This document shows, piece by piece, positions 30,911-42,410 of a DNA stretch of 64,000 nucleotides. A model generated the notes under the pieces. It did not search any database. It had not been told where the DNA came from and was given only the letters and a program-made list of their open reading frames with translations. This DNA is from an uncultured delta proteobacterium. GTDB taxonomy: Bacteria; Myxococcota; Kuafuiibacteriia; Kuafuiibacteriales; Kuafuiibacteriaceae. Within the stretch, counting starts at the first letter, position 1. The number at the start of each line of letters is the position of its first letter. Location of the stretch: NCBI GenBank assembly GCA_963803435.1, contig CAWDML010000002.1, positions 96,001-160,000 on the forward strand, written 5' to 3'. A program made the translations under genes and the position numbers.

Positions 30911-33084
30911 GCCGGCTCCTTCACATGATCTCGGCGGTGGTCGCGCTGCAGGCGATGGCGCTCCCGGCCTACGCCGACGAGACCCCCGACCTGGAGGAGC
31001 TGCTGAGCGAGAAGGTGGTCGGTGGGGCGTCCAAGACCCTCGAGTCCGCCCACGACGCGCCGGCGACCGTCGTCACCCTGACGGCGGACGACATGCATCG
31101 CTACGGGATCCGGTCCCTCAACGAGGCGATCAACTATCTCGCGATGGGACTGATCACGCAGGATCCGCTGCACTCGGTGGAGGTGGGCGGCCGGGGCGTG
31201 CTCATCACCAGCGACTACGGCAATCACGTGCTGGTCGTCGTCGACGGCCACTCGCTCAACGAGAAGTGGGGCGGAGCGGCCTACTACGAGCAAGGGCTCG
31301 GCATCCCGCTCGAGATGATCGATCACGTGGAGCTGATCCTCGGGCCCGGCTCGGTCCTCTACGGCGGGACGGCGATGCTCGCGGTGATCAACGTGGTCAC
31401 CAAGACGGCCAGGAGCAACAAGGGCCTGCATCTGTTGTCGGAGTGCGGAGTGTCTCCGGCCCAGTCGCGCGGCCAGATCGGTGAGCTCTCCCCCCAGGAC
31501 GGCTACGCCTGCCGATTGGGCGCCGGGGTCGGCTTTGCCACCTCGCTCTTGGAGGTGCCGTTCGAGGTCAACGCCTACGTCGAGGGCTACTTTCAGAACG
31601 GCCCCTCGTTCACGTGGGGGCCGCAGAGCGTCGAGAACGAGGACGGAGAGCCTGCGGCGCTGGGCTCGAAGGCGGTGCCGGGTGTCTGGGAAGGCACCAC
31701 GCACGATCAGTACTACACGATCGTTCCGACCGCGCACGCCCGCGTCACGTACGGCGATTTCGCGCTGTCGCTTCACCTGGAGTCCTACAAGCGTGCGACT
31801 CCGGCACCCGCGTTCAACCAGGCGCTCACCAACTTCGACGATCCGAACAGCTACGAGCTCGATCGTTGGTTCTGGGCAGACCTGAAGTACACGCGAACGA
31901 TCGGTGATCACTTTCAGATGATGGCGCGCCTCTACGGCGACCTCTACGACTATCAGCAGTTCGTACGGATCGACGAGGCCTCGTTCTGCTCGGACCAGAT
32001 CATCGGGACGTGCCGGACGCACCTGGTGGGTGAGGCGCGCTGGGCCGGGCTCGAGCTCCAGGGCGTCGAGGACTGGCTGGGCGACGACACGCTGACCACG
32101 ATGCTGGGGGCGGAGGTGAGGCTCCGCTGGATCGGTGCGCGGCTCCAGGACATCGACGAGGGGACCGAAGAGATCGTGGACGACTCACGGGACACAGCGC
32201 TCGACGTGCCGTTCGCCGTCTACCTGCAGCAGCGATGGACGCCGTTCAACAGGGTCCAGCTGAACGCCGGAGCACGCTTCGATCGCGACCCGCGCGGCGG
32301 CGACCACATCTCACCGCGCGCCGCGGTCGTCGTCGAGAGCGGGGACGGCGGCACCTTCAAGACGGTCTACTCGGAGGCGTTTCGCTCGCCCACCTACTAC
32401 GAGTACTACTACGCGGCGGTGGATCAGGAGCCCAACCCGGACCTGCGGTCCGAGACCGTGCGCTCCCTCGAGGCTTCGATCGAGCAGCGCCTGGGACGAC
32501 ACCGGCTGCTTCTGGGCGTGTTCCGCTCCTGGTGGAAGGACATGGTCGAGCTGCGCCTCATCAGCCAGGGCGACGAGGTCTACCAGTACCAGAACGCCTC
32601 CACGATCGATAATTATGGGTTCAACGCAGCGGTCGAAGGCAGCGTGGACGCCTTCAGCTATGGCCTGTCCTTCACCGCGGCCCACACGCGAAGGACCACG
32701 CCCGACGGCGAGACCCCGCTGACGGTGGCGCCGCAGGTCTTCGGGAACGCGCGGGTCGCCTACGATCTCCCCGGCCTGCTGCCCGAGCTCGCGCTGGCGG
32801 CCTGGGTGGTGGGCCCACGCCTGGCGGACCGCGCCCTCGACGGCGACTTTCCGATCGCCCCCGAAGCGCCCTCCGACCTCGAGGCCCGGCTCACCATCAG
32901 CGGCGAGGTGCCGCTGGTCGACGGCCTCTCGTATCGTCTCTCGGGGAGCTTCGCCTCGGCCAAGGTCAACCCATACGTGGTGGGGCCGAACCAGTCGGTG
33001 GGCTCGGAGGGCGAACCGGCGGAGCTGTCGCCGATCAACCGGCTCACCTTCTTTCTCACCCTTCAGTACCATCTGTTTCAATGA
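30907..33084 (+). CDS. TonB-dependent receptor
   Basis: Signal peptide; LEELL, ASK...APATV plug, GPGSVLYG, VINVVTK, AFRSP; aromatic C-terminus. Confidence 0.88.
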   Translation: MSRLLHMISAVVALQAMALPAYADETPDLEELLSEKVVGGASKTLESAHDAPATVVTLTADDMHRYGIRSLNEAINYLAMGLITQDPLHSVEVGGRGVLITSDYGNHVLVVVDGHSLNEKWGGAAYYEQGLGIPLEMIDHVELILGPGSVLYGGTAMLAVINVVTKTARSNKGLHLLSECGVSPAQSRGQIGELSPQDGYACRLGAGVGFATSLLEVPFEVNAYVEGYFQNGPSFTWGPQSVENEDGEPAALGSKAVPGVWEGTTHDQYYTIVPTAHARVTYGDFALSLHLESYKRATPAPAFNQALTNFDDPNSYELDRWFWADLKYTRTIGDHFQMMARLYGDLYDYQQFVRIDEASFCSDQIIGTCRTHLVGEARWAGLELQGVEDWLGDDTLTTMLGAEVRLRWIGARLQDIDEGTEEIVDDSRDTALDVPFAVYLQQRWTPFNRVQLNAGARFDRDPRGGDHISPRAAVVVESGDGGTFKTVYSEAFRSPTYYEYYYAAVDQEPNPDLRSETVRSLEASIEQRLGRHRLLLGVFRSWWKDMVELRLISQGDEVYQYQNASTIDNYGFNAAVEGSVDAFSYGLSFTAAHTRRTTPDGETPLTVAPQVFGNARVAYDLPGLLPELALAAWVVGPRLADRALDGDFPIAPEAPSDLEARLTISGEVPLVDGLSYRLSGSFASAKVNPYVVGPNQSVGSEGEPAELSPINRLTFFLTLQYHLFQ

Positions 33085-33102
33085 GGCGAGGGCGGGGGAG
33101 GC

Positions 33103-33681
33103 GTGGCACACAGCACTGCACGAAACCTCGCCCTGGCGAGCGTACTGATGCTGGCGGTCCTGCCCACCGCGTGGGCGGACGTGTCGGTCCCCCTCAAGCT
33201 GCAAGCGCAGCTGATCGCCCGCATCGCCAGCTTCGATCGCAACTTCGGTCCTCGATCGGGTGGCAACGCGCTGGTGCTCCTGATCGAGAAGCCGGGTGAC
33301 GCCCACTCGACGCACGTGGTCCATGCGCTGGCGACGGCGCTCCGAGAACTGACGGACATCGGCGGCCTGCCGAAGACGATCCAGATCGTCGACTACCAGG
33401 ATGCCGCCGCGCTCGCCCAGACCGTGATCCGAGCAAAGCCGGCGATCCTGTACTTCTCGGTCGGCCTGGAGGGCGAGATGAAGGCGATCGCTCGAGCGCT
33501 GAACGGCCTGGATCTGCTGACGATCGGCGCCACCGGTGTGTTCGCCGATGGAGGCGCGAACGTGGGGTTCGATCTGGAGGGCAGCCGCCCGAAGCTCGTG
33601 ATCAACCTGGAGACAGCCAAGGCCCAGAACGTCGATCTCAAGGCCCAGCTGGTGAAGCTGGCCCACGTGGTGGGCCAATGA
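33103..33681 (+). CDS. YfiR/DUF4154-like periplasmic protein
   Basis: Signal peptide; LLTIG...GANVGF...LVINLETAKAQNVDLKAQLVKLA C-terminal signature. Confidence 0.75.
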   Translation: MAHSTARNLALASVLMLAVLPTAWADVSVPLKLQAQLIARIASFDRNFGPRSGGNALVLLIEKPGDAHSTHVVHALATALRELTDIGGLPKTIQIVDYQDAAALAQTVIRAKPAILYFSVGLEGEMKAIARALNGLDLLTIGATGVFADGGANVGFDLEGSRPKLVINLETAKAQNVDLKAQLVKLAHVVGQ

Positions 33682-33687
33682 CCGCGT

Positions 33688-34560
33688 TCAGATCGCCTTT
33701 GCGATCTTTCTCCGCGTGCTCCGGTCGGGCGCCGCCTGCACCGCGTCCTCCAGATCCTTCACCTCCGCGTCGGTGAGCGTGAATTTCTCGATGATCTGCT
33801 CCTCGATCTCGAACGCAGTCAGATCCGAGAGGATCGGGATGCCGATGTTGAGGCCGGCACCGATGCCCGCGAGCCAGCCGCCCGCCCGCTGATCCGGCGC
33901 GGCCATGGCCGAGGTCACCGAGAAGAAGCCGATGGAGGCCACCAGCACCTCGACGTCCGCGCCGCGTCTTTTGGTCGCGCTCTTCAAGACCACGGGCTCG
34001 CCGTAGAGGCAGATGGCGTACGCGTTGGAGGAGGCGCCGATCGCGAGGCGCGCCGACCTGCCCTCCATGCGGGCTACCTTCAGCATTCCGCGCTCGTTCT
34101 CGTGCGGGCGCACGTACATCACCTCGACGCCGGTGACCCCGGCCACGCCGGCGCCGGCCTCTGCGAGGTATCCGATGCCGAGCGCTCGAGCCTTGGCGTC
34201 CATCTGTCCGGCGACGTCCGGGAGCACGTTGGTCGCGAGGTGCTTGATGAAGGCGTCGCGATCCTTGCAGTCGGTGGCGGCGGTGTTGAGCGTCGCGACC
34301 AGCTTCTTGGCCGTCGCGCTCATCTTCTGGGCCTTCTCCGAGGTCTTCTCGGCCGCCTCCACCACCTGCTGCCGAGCGCTCTCGGCCACCTCCTTCGCCT
34401 TTGCGAAGGCTTCGCTCTCCTGGATCTTCTGCGCCGAGTCCTTCGCGATCTCGCCGATGGACTTCGCGTTCCTCTGCACCTCGGCAGCGAAGTCCTGTGC
34501 GATCTTCCCGGCCTTCTCGAGCATGTCGGCCCACGGGCCTTCTTTCTTCTCGTCGCTCAT
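33688..34560 (-). CDS. Hypothetical protein (amphipathic helical N-terminus)
   Basis: ATGA overlap with upstream gene; coding-like composition. Confidence 0.75.
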   Translation of the reverse strand: MSDEKKEGPWADMLEKAGKIAQDFAAEVQRNAKSIGEIAKDSAQKIQESEAFAKAKEVAESARQQVVEAAEKTSEKAQKMSATAKKLVATLNTAATDCKDRDAFIKHLATNVLPDVAGQMDAKARALGIGYLAEAGAGVAGVTGVEVMYVRPHENERGMLKVARMEGRSARLAIGASSNAYAICLYGEPVVLKSATKRRGADVEVLVASIGFFSVTSAMAAPDQRAGGWLAGIGAGLNIGIPILSDLTAFEIEEQIIEKFTLTDAEVKDLEDAVQAAPDRSTRRKIAKAI

Positions 34561-34940
34561 AGGTCTCGGATCATCTCCTCCGTCGCCAGCTGAATGCTGG
34601 CGTCGACGCACTCGTCCCGCACCCGCTGGATCGCGCGGTGCTTGGGATGCTCGAGAAAGGCCAGGTACGTCTTCCGGTTCGGGTACCAGACCAGCACTGC
34701 CAGGTCCCAGCCGGAGTGGCTGGTGTCGACCAGCACCTGCTCCGCGCGGCCCGCCCACATGGGTCGCCCGCCGACCTCGAGGATCACCTCGCGCGCGGGC
34801 GAGCCGTACTCCGCCAGGTAGCGGGCGGCCGAGACCTCGTCCTTGAAGCGGAGCAGCGACAGCATCACGACCGGCTGATCGCCGCGGGGATGGCGCAGGA
34901 AGAGGTGGAGCGTCGCCTCCGAGGGCGTCAGCGCGGCCAT
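34557..34940 (-). CDS. DUF1330-like protein
   Basis: VVMLSLLRFK, WDLAVLVWYP, HPKH. Confidence 0.78.
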   Translation of the reverse strand: MAALTPSEATLHLFLRHPRGDQPVVMLSLLRFKDEVSAARYLAEYGSPAREVILEVGGRPMWAGRAEQVLVDTSHSGWDLAVLVWYPNRKTYLAFLEHPKHRAIQRVRDECVDASIQLATEEMIRDL

Positions 34941-34962
34941 GCGGCCAGTCTACACCAGCTCG

Positions 34963-36279
34963 TCAGTAGCGATACCAGTCGGGCTTGAACGGGCCGGTCT
35001 GGGGAATGCCGAGGTAATCGGCCTGCTTCTTGGTGAGCGTGGTGAGCTTGACGCCCAGGCGCTGCAGGTGGAGCGCCGCGACCTTCTCGTCGAGCAGCTT
35101 CGGCAGCGTATAGACCCGCTTCTCGTACTTGTCCGGGTGGGTCCAGAGCTCGATCTGGGCCATCACCTGATTGGCGAACGACGTCGACATCACGAACGAC
35201 GGATGGCCGGTGGCACACCCCAGGTTCATCAGCCGTCCCTGCGCCAGCAAGATGATCTTCTTCCCGTCGGGGAAGATGAAGTGGTCGACCTGCGGTTTGA
35301 TGTTCTCTTCGCGGATGTCCTTCTGGGACTTGAGCCAGCCGACCTGCACCTCGGAGTCGAAGTGGCCGATGTTGGAGACGATGGCCTCGTTGTGCATCGC
35401 CTTCATGTGCTCGCCGGTGATCACGTCGGCGCAGCCGGTGCAGGTGACGAAGATGTCACCGATGGGGGCGGCCTCCTCCATCGTTGTGACCTGGTAGCCC
35501 TCCATCGCCGCCTGGAGCGCGCAGATCGGGTCGATCTCGGTGATCAGTACGCGGGCGCCCTGACCCTTGAGGGACTGGGCCACGCCCTTGCCGACGTCCC
35601 CGAACCCGCAGACGACCGCGACCTTGCCGGCGATCATGACGTCGGTGGCGCGCTTGATGCCGTCGAGCCCGGACTCACGGCAGCCGTAGAGGTTGTCGAA
35701 CTTCGACTTGGTGACGGAGTCGTTGACGTTGATGGCAGGGCACTTCAGGCGCTTGTCGCGCTCCATGTGATAGAGGCGGTGGACGCCGGTGGTCGTTTCC
35801 TCGGACAGGCCTCGGATCGGATCGCTCCCCTCGAACATGGCGGCGTGCTTGTCATGCACGACCTGCGTGAGATCGCCGCCGTCGTCGAGCAGCATGTTGG
35901 GCGCCTTGCCGCCCTTGAACGCCTTGAGCTGGCGCTCGATGCAGTCGTAGTACTCGGCCTCGGTCTCGCCCTTCCAGGCGAACACGGGCACGCCGGTCTT
36001 GGCGATGGCCGACGCAGCGTGGTCCTGCGTCGAGTAGATGTTGCAGGAGCTCCACGTGACCTCGGCGCCCAGCGCCTTGAGGGTCTCGATCAGCACAGCC
36101 GTCTGGATCGTCATGTGAAGACAGCCGGCGACGCGGGCGCCGGCGAGTGGCTGCTTTGCGCCATACTCGCTCCGCAATGCCATCAGGCCCGGCATCTCGG
36201 TCTCGGCGATCTCGATCTCTTTCCGTCCCCAGTCGGCCAAACCGAGGTCGGCAACCTTGTAGGTGTTGCTCTCGTCCAT
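34963..36279 (-). CDS. ahcY: Adenosylhomocysteinase
   Basis: [54 protein letters not shown]. Confidence 0.97.
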   Translation of the reverse strand: MDESNTYKVADLGLADWGRKEIEIAETEMPGLMALRSEYGAKQPLAGARVAGCLHMTIQTAVLIETLKALGAEVTWSSCNIYSTQDHAASAIAKTGVPVFAWKGETEAEYYDCIERQLKAFKGGKAPNMLLDDGGDLTQVVHDKHAAMFEGSDPIRGLSEETTTGVHRLYHMERDKRLKCPAINVNDSVTKSKFDNLYGCRESGLDGIKRATDVMIAGKVAVVCGFGDVGKGVAQSLKGQGARVLITEIDPICALQAAMEGYQVTTMEEAAPIGDIFVTCTGCADVITGEHMKAMHNEAIVSNIGHFDSEVQVGWLKSQKDIREENIKPQVDHFIFPDGKKIILLAQGRLMNLGCATGHPSFVMSTSFANQVMAQIELWTHPDKYEKRVYTLPKLLDEKVAALHLQRLGVKLTTLTKKQADYLGIPQTGPFKPDWYRY

Positions 36280-36333
36280 GGGCGCGACAGAATCCGGGCC
36301 CGCCCCCCCTGTCAAGCTGGTAGATTCGAGAGG

Positions 36334-37071
36334 ATGGTCTCGGTCCAGGACGAGGTCCTCAACATCCTCGTGATCGACGACGACGAGGACATGCGGCACT
36401 TCCTCACCGACATCCTCTTCTCCCACGGTCATCAGGTCATGTCGGTGGGTTCGGCCGAGGAGGGCCTGGAGCTCCTGCCCGTCACCACGTTTCAGATCGC
36501 CTTTCTCGATCAGAACCTCCCCGGGATGGAGGGCCTCGTCCTCGGCGAGTTCCTCCGCAAGAACAACCCGCACATGAAGATCGCCCTGGTCACCGGCTCC
36601 GAGGATCGGCGCCTCGATCGGATCGGCGAGTCCCACGACATCGAGGTGATCCGGAAGCCCTTCGAGGTGTCCCAGATCCTCGATCTGATCACCGCATTCC
36701 GAACCGACGCCGAGGCTCGCCACGTCGAGCGCCAGAAGCGGGCCGATCCCCAGTACCTGCTCCCGCTGGCGAGCTTCCTCGCCGACCTCCCCGCGACCTT
36801 CGACATCCCGAACCTGCCCAAGCGCGTCGAGGAGCGGCTGGTCGCCACGGTCCGCGACGCCCTGGTGGAGCTCCGCTCGGTCAGCCGCTACAACGAGCGC
36901 GCGCGCGCGATCGCGTTCTCGGGCCTGCTGGCCCTCCAGGTGCTCGGCGTGAAGCCACCCAAGGGCGGGAGCGGCAAGACGTTGATCGAGGAGTACGACG
37001 CATTGATGCGGACGCACGGGCGCAAGCCCGACTTCAGCGTCGACCGCGAGAGCGAGGATCGCTCCCCGTGA
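36334..37071 (+). CDS. Response regulator with unknown output domain
   Basis: [23 protein letters not shown] plus ~110 aa C-terminal domain. Confidence 0.85.
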   Translation: MVSVQDEVLNILVIDDDEDMRHFLTDILFSHGHQVMSVGSAEEGLELLPVTTFQIAFLDQNLPGMEGLVLGEFLRKNNPHMKIALVTGSEDRRLDRIGESHDIEVIRKPFEVSQILDLITAFRTDAEARHVERQKRADPQYLLPLASFLADLPATFDIPNLPKRVEERLVATVRDALVELRSVSRYNERARAIAFSGLLALQVLGVKPPKGGSGKTLIEEYDALMRTHGRKPDFSVDRESEDRSP

Positions 37072-37397
37072 GACGGGCGCTCGCGATCCTGGTGGCTGTC
37101 CTGGCGATCGCGGTCGCTCCGCTTCGCGCCGTCCAGAGCGATCGCAGCGATCACGCCACCGTCTCGGCGCTGGACGCCGCGATTCAAACGCCCGATCTGC
37201 CCGCGCCCCTGGTGCTGGCGCCGCGGGTGCCGCTCGCGGGAGGCGGTCACGCGTTCGAGCGCGAGGTACCCTCTTCGACCCGCCGCCGGGGCGCGCTCGC
37301 GCTCGACGTGACTGCGGGCTCCCGCCGCCTCCTCTCCCGCTCGCGACCGAGGCGCCACGTACCTCGAATGGCCTCCAGCGATCCCGACCCCGGCTGA
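37068..37397 (+). CDS. Hypothetical secreted protein
   Basis: GTGA overlap and signal-peptide-like start. Confidence 0.45.
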   Translation: MRRALAILVAVLAIAVAPLRAVQSDRSDHATVSALDAAIQTPDLPAPLVLAPRVPLAGGGHAFEREVPSSTRRRGALALDVTAGSRRLLSRSRPRRHVPRMASSDPDPG

Positions 37398-37461
37398 TCC
37401 TCCTCGAACACCACCGCTCGATTGGCACGGATCGCGGGCGCCGTTGCGCCCGGAGGTACCT

Positions 37462-37584
37462 ATGTCCGACGAAGAGAAGATCGAAGAGACCGAGAAGGCT
37501 CAGAGTGTTGGCTGGCTGGCCTTCGTGCTGTTCGGAGCACCGCTGCTGATCATCATCATCCTCGCTGCGCTCAAGGTGATCTGA
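37462..37584 (+). CDS. 40-aa single-pass membrane protein
   Basis: GGAGG RBS; [40 protein letters not shown]; below ORF-track cutoff. Confidence 0.7.
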   Translation: MSDEEKIEETEKAQSVGWLAFVLFGAPLLIIIILAALKVI

Positions 37585-37586
37585 TC

Positions 37587-38078
37587 TCAGTACGCAAACA
37601 CATAGATCCCGATCGGTAGACGGACCTCGACCATCCAGACGTCGCGGTCGTCCATCGCGGCCGGGTCGCCGGTCAACCGCCGGTGCCACTCGAAGCCGAG
37701 GATCGTGTAGCCCACCGAGAGATGGATGAACGTGTCGGCATCCTCGTCGACGGAGAGGCCACCCTGCGCCCAGACGCCGGACCACAAGTGGGAGAGGCCG
37801 AGCTCCAGGCCGCCGGCGATACCGACCGGGCCCGAGGCCTCGATCGTCGCGCCGGCGGTGAAGAACATCGGCTCGTGCGCGGAGAGGATCCCGGCGCGGC
37901 CTCGGACGAAGAAGCGACGCGGGATGCCGTCGATACCGGCGACCGCGAACGCGACTTGAACCTCGGCGTCCCAGGTCACTCCGGTGCGGAGCGCCTGATC
38001 GACCTTCTTGCCGGGTGCGGCGGAGACGGAGGCCGGGATGAGGAGAACAACGAGAACGATCCATCCCGGTGGCTTCAC
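37587..38078 (-). CDS. Hypothetical exported beta-rich protein
   Basis: Signal peptide from GTG 38078; alternating beta-strand pattern. Confidence 0.6.
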   Translation of the reverse strand: MKPPGWIVLVVLLIPASVSAAPGKKVDQALRTGVTWDAEVQVAFAVAGIDGIPRRFFVRGRAGILSAHEPMFFTAGATIEASGPVGIAGGLELGLSHLWSGVWAQGGLSVDEDADTFIHLSVGYTILGFEWHRRLTGDPAAMDDRDVWMVEVRLPIGIYVFAY

Positions 38079-38106
38079 GCCACTGGGATGGATCGGCGAA
38101 GCCAAC

Positions 38107-38325
38107 TCAGGGCGCCTCGGTCTCGGTGCAGTTGCTGAGACCCGACTCGGTGACCTGGCAGACGTAGATCTTCCGGAGCGCGCCGAACAGGAGCCCGTCG
38201 TTTCGGGAGATGACGATACGGTCGCCTCCGACCGTCGCCATGCCGCCATAAGCGCAGGCGCTCAGCGACACCGCGCTCGCCATCAGAGCCCCGACCACAA
38301 ACACACTACGCGCGATCTTCTTCAT
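38107..38325 (-). CDS. Small lipoprotein
   Basis: Lipobox LSAC; two further Cys. Confidence 0.75.
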   Translation of the reverse strand: MKKIARSVFVVGALMASAVSLSACAYGGMATVGGDRIVISRNDGLLFGALRKIYVCQVTESGLSNCTETEAP

Positions 38326-38470
38326 GACCCGCAGTTCCTCCCTTTTCTGAATCGGCAGTTGCCGTCCGTGGGGCCCGTAGCCGCTCCGGCCGCTACGGTC
38401 AATGGTTTGGCGGGCATCGGATGCCGAGGGGCGGGTGTTTGATCACAGCGAGCCGTGCCACAATTCGGCG

Positions 38471-41400
38471 GTGCGGCGCGCGTGGATGCTCCTGGCGGTG
38501 GCATGCCTGGGCGGATGCCCGGGAGAGGCACGTGCGCCTGCGCCGATGGTCGACGCGGGGCCCGATCAAACCGTTCACCCGGGCGAGACCGTGGAGCTTC
38601 ACGGGATGGTCACCCCCACCGAGGGGAGCCAGCTGTCGATCGAGTGGACCGAGATCTCCGGTGCCGGCGTCGCGCTGGAGGATGCAGGCCGAGAGACGGC
38701 TCGCTTCGTGGCGCCCTCGGTCACAGGGACCCTGGTCTTCGCGCTCAGCGCTGCCCACGCCGGCGGAGCGACGGGGATCGACTTCGTCACCATCACCGTC
38801 GACCTCGAGAATCGCCCGCCGGTGGTTTCGGCGGGGCCGGCACAGACGGTGGTGTCGCTCGATCGCGTGATCCTGAGCGGCGCAGCCGACGACACGGACG
38901 GCTCGATCGCCTCCCTCCTTTGGCGTCAAACCGGTGGCCCGCTGGTGGCGCTCTCGGGGGTGAACGGAGAGACGCCGACGTTCATCGCGCCGGCGACAGC
39001 GGAGATCGCGACGCTCCTGTTCGACTTCATCGCGACCGACGACCGCGGAGCGTCGAGCACCGCGTCGACCCGCGTCACCGTCGTGCCGCGCGTGATCCCC
39101 GGGAACATCGCGCCGATGGTGGACGCCGGGCCGGATCAGACGGTCGACGAGCGGACCTCGGTCTCCTTGACCGGCACCGCGACCGATGCGGACGGTCGGA
39201 TCGCGACGATCGCGTGGACGCAGCTCTCCGGCCCGGCGATCGTGCTCACCTCTACGAGCACGCTCCTCACCAGGTTCGACGCCCCCGGCGTTCCGGTGGT
39301 GACCGATCTCCTCTTCGAGCTGGCGGTGACGGACGATCGCGGCGCCCGCGTCGCCGATCGCACGCGGGTCACCGTCCGGCCGCTCTCGGTCCCCAACGAG
39401 CCGCCGATCGCCGATGCGGGCGCGGATCAGACGGTGGTGCAGAACACGGCGGTGACGCTGGCGGGCGGGGGGAGCGATCCCGACGGCTCGATCGCCGGGT
39501 ACGCCTGGCGCCAGGTGGCGGGACCGGCGGTGACGTTGTCCGGAGCAGCGATGGCTTCGGCCGGCTTCACCGCGCCGCCGGCCGAGTGCGATCTCCTGCT
39601 CGTGTTCGAGCTGACGGTGACCGACAACGAGGGCGCGACCGGCCGCGACACGGTCGTGGTGATCGTGACGGCCGGCCCCGGTCCCTCGCTCTCGATGGGG
39701 GAGGTGCTCGACTTCGAGGACGCCGCCGGCGGCGGGATGGAGCCCTCGGGATCGTCGCTGTGGGAGCGCGGCGTTCCCACGAGCGGTCCGAACCGCGCCT
39801 ACTCGGGGCTCGCGGTGTGGGGCACCGACCTCGTCGGATCGTATCCCAACGGCGCCGAAGCCTACCTCCGCTTCCCGATCATCGATCTGACGGGCGCGAT
39901 CGATCCGACGCTCTCGTTCCGCCTCTGGCTGCGCACCGGCGCGGGCGACGGCGCCTCCCTCCAGGTCCACGACGACATCCTCGGCTGGATCGCCCTTCCC
40001 AACCCCGTGCCCAGCTACGACGCGAACCAGGGCGGCGTCGGCGTCTGGACCCGGAAGGGCTACCACGATCGATACGCGCTGATGAGCGCCTCGCTGGCGG
40101 CGTTCGTGGGGCGGCGCGTCTGCGTCCGCCTCGTCTTCCGCTCCGACGCCGCCGGCGTCGCGGCCGGCGCCTATGTCGACGACGCCTCCGTGTTCGAGGA
40201 GACCGACGATCCCGATCAGGACGGGATCCCCGGTGTGGAGAGCGAGCTGATCCTGGGCACCGATCCGTTCCGCCGTGACACCGACGGCGACGGGGTCATG
40301 GACGGCGCCGAGATCGCGGCCGGGACCGATCCGCTGGACCCGGCGTGGTACGTGGGCGCGCCCGTGCTCGCCGCCGGCACCCGCCTGAACTTCGAGGGCT
40401 CACGGCAGGGCGTCGCCACCGACGGCACGCTCTGGGAGCACGGCGTCCCGACGGCCGCGCCCGGCCGCGCGAGCTCCGGCAGCTGGGCGTGGGCGACCGA
40501 TCTCGACGCCGACTACTTCCCCGAGGCGCGCGAGTATCTGTACCTCCCGCGGATCGATCTGCGCTTCACCACGGATCCCACCCTCAGCTTCCGCCTCTGG
40601 ATGCGGACCGGCGCGGCCGACGGCCTCAGCCTCGAGCTCGCCGGCCCGGGGATGGGCTGGGTTCCGCTGCTCGCCGACGCGCCGGAGCAGGAGGGGATCG
40701 ATCCTGCCGGGAGGGTGGCGTGGGCCAACCACGGATATCAGTCGACGTACGAGCTGGCCGCGGTCTCCCTCACGCCCTACGTCGGCGATTACGTGCGCGT
40801 GCGGTTGGTGTTCCGCTCCGACGCGAGCGGTCAGGGGCCCGGCGTCGCGATCGACGATGTCGCGCTCACCGAGGAGGGCGCCGATCCGGACAGCGACGGC
40901 ATCCCGGGCGTGCTCGACGAGATGATGGCGGCCGGCACCGATCCGTTCGTCACGGACACCGACGGTGACGGTACGTTCGACGGCGTCGAGCTGCAGGATC
41001 AGACCGATCCTCTGAACCCCGCCTGGTATGCGGGCGCGCCGGGGATCCAGTCCGGCTCGGGCAACGACTTCGAGTCGAGCGGCGGCGGGTGCGCGACCAC
41101 CGGCGATCTGTGGGAGCACGCCGTGATCACCGGCGGCCCCGGTCGCGCGCACTCGGGGAGCTGGGGCTGGGCGACGCGGGCCGGCGCGGACTACTTCGCC
41201 AACGCGAACGAGTATCTCTATCTTCCGAGGATCGATCTCACCGTCGCGAACTCACCCACGCTCTCCCTTCGGATCTGGCTCAGCACGGGGAGCGGCGACG
41301 GGCTCGACCTGGAGATCGAGGACGCCAGCGGCTGGACCCCGATCGCGCCGGTCGTGACCGCCTACGACGGGCTGAGCGGGGGCACGCCCGCCTGGACCGC

Positions 41401-42410
41401 GCAGGGCTATCGGAGCAGCTATGCGCTGGTGATCTTCTCGCTCGCCCCGTGGGCGGGCACCCAGGTCAACGCCCGCCTGGTCTTCCGCTCCGATGCCTCC
41501 GGCCAGGGCCCGGGCGCTTTCGTCGACGATCTCGAGGTCTACGACGAGACCGACAATCCCGATCGCGATCTCCTCCTCGGCGTCCTCGACGAGCTCAACA
41601 CCTACGGGACCGATCCCTTCCTCGAGGACACCGACGGCGACGCGGAGCGGGACGGCGCCGAGGTCACGGCGGGCACCGATCCGCTCGATCCCGCCAGCCT
41701 GCCGGCGGCCGTCCCCCTCACGCCGGGTGCGCACCTCACCTTCGACACGAACCGCGGCGGCCTGGCGACGCTGGCGGTACCCCCGCTGCTCCCGGTGGCC
41801 GGATCCCTCTGGGAGTACGGGACGCCGACCAGCGGACCGGGCGTCGCGTACAACGGCACGCGCGTGTGGGCCACGAAGCTCGCCACCGACTACTTCGAGG
41901 AGGCGCGCGAGTACCTGTACCTTCCGCCGATCGACGTCCTCGGGATGATCAATCCGACCCTGAGCTTCCGCCTCTGGTCGTCCGCGAGCGCCGGCGACGG
42001 TCTCAGCCTCGAGGTCCTGATCCCCGGCGTCGGCTGGGGCCCGGTCGTGCCTGCGTTCCCGGCCCGCGACGGGACCGATCCGCTGGGCCGTCTCGTCTGG
42101 CGCAATCAGGGCGGGCCGTCCCAGTACGCGCTCGCAGCCGCGTCGCTCCAGCTCTACACGACCCACATCATCCATCTCCGGTTGGCCTTCCGGAGCGGGC
42201 CGGGCGGAATCGGGTGCGGGCGCCTTCGTCGACGATCTGCGGCTCGATCTGGAGGCCTCCGATCCCGATGGCGACGGGCTCTTCGGCGTGATCATGGAGC
42301 ACCAGCTCTACGGTACCGATCCGTTCCTCGCCGACACGGACGGCGACGGCGTGGACGATGGCGTCGAGGTGACGAACGGGACCGATCCGCTCGATCCTAT
42401 GAGCCACTGA
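38471..42410 (+). CDS. Large surface lipoprotein: 3 PKD/Ig-like domains plus 4 beta-sandwich/Ca-binding repeat units; +1 frameshift near 42208
   Basis: Lipobox LGGC; DAGPDQTV repeats; LWExG..GP..A.SG...W.T units each followed by DTDGDG..DG.E...GTDPLDP; last unit completes in shifted frame to TGA 42410. Confidence 0.82.

Noticed and set aside
36280-36333. SAH riboswitch upstream of ahcY
   Set aside because: Only 54 bp, apparently occupied by divergent promoters; no recognisable motif.
37423-37438. TGGCACG sigma54 promoter before the microprotein
   Set aside because: No GC at the -12 position.
34963-38064. 1033-aa AhcY and similar long N-terminal extensions (S9 peptidase, SDR, GH3, LolA-like)
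   Set aside because: The extensions overlap other genes, and conserved N-termini start far downstream.
40200-42400. Repeated DNA blocks as duplication or mobile repeats
   Set aside because: Explained by diverged protein-domain repeats in the adhesin.
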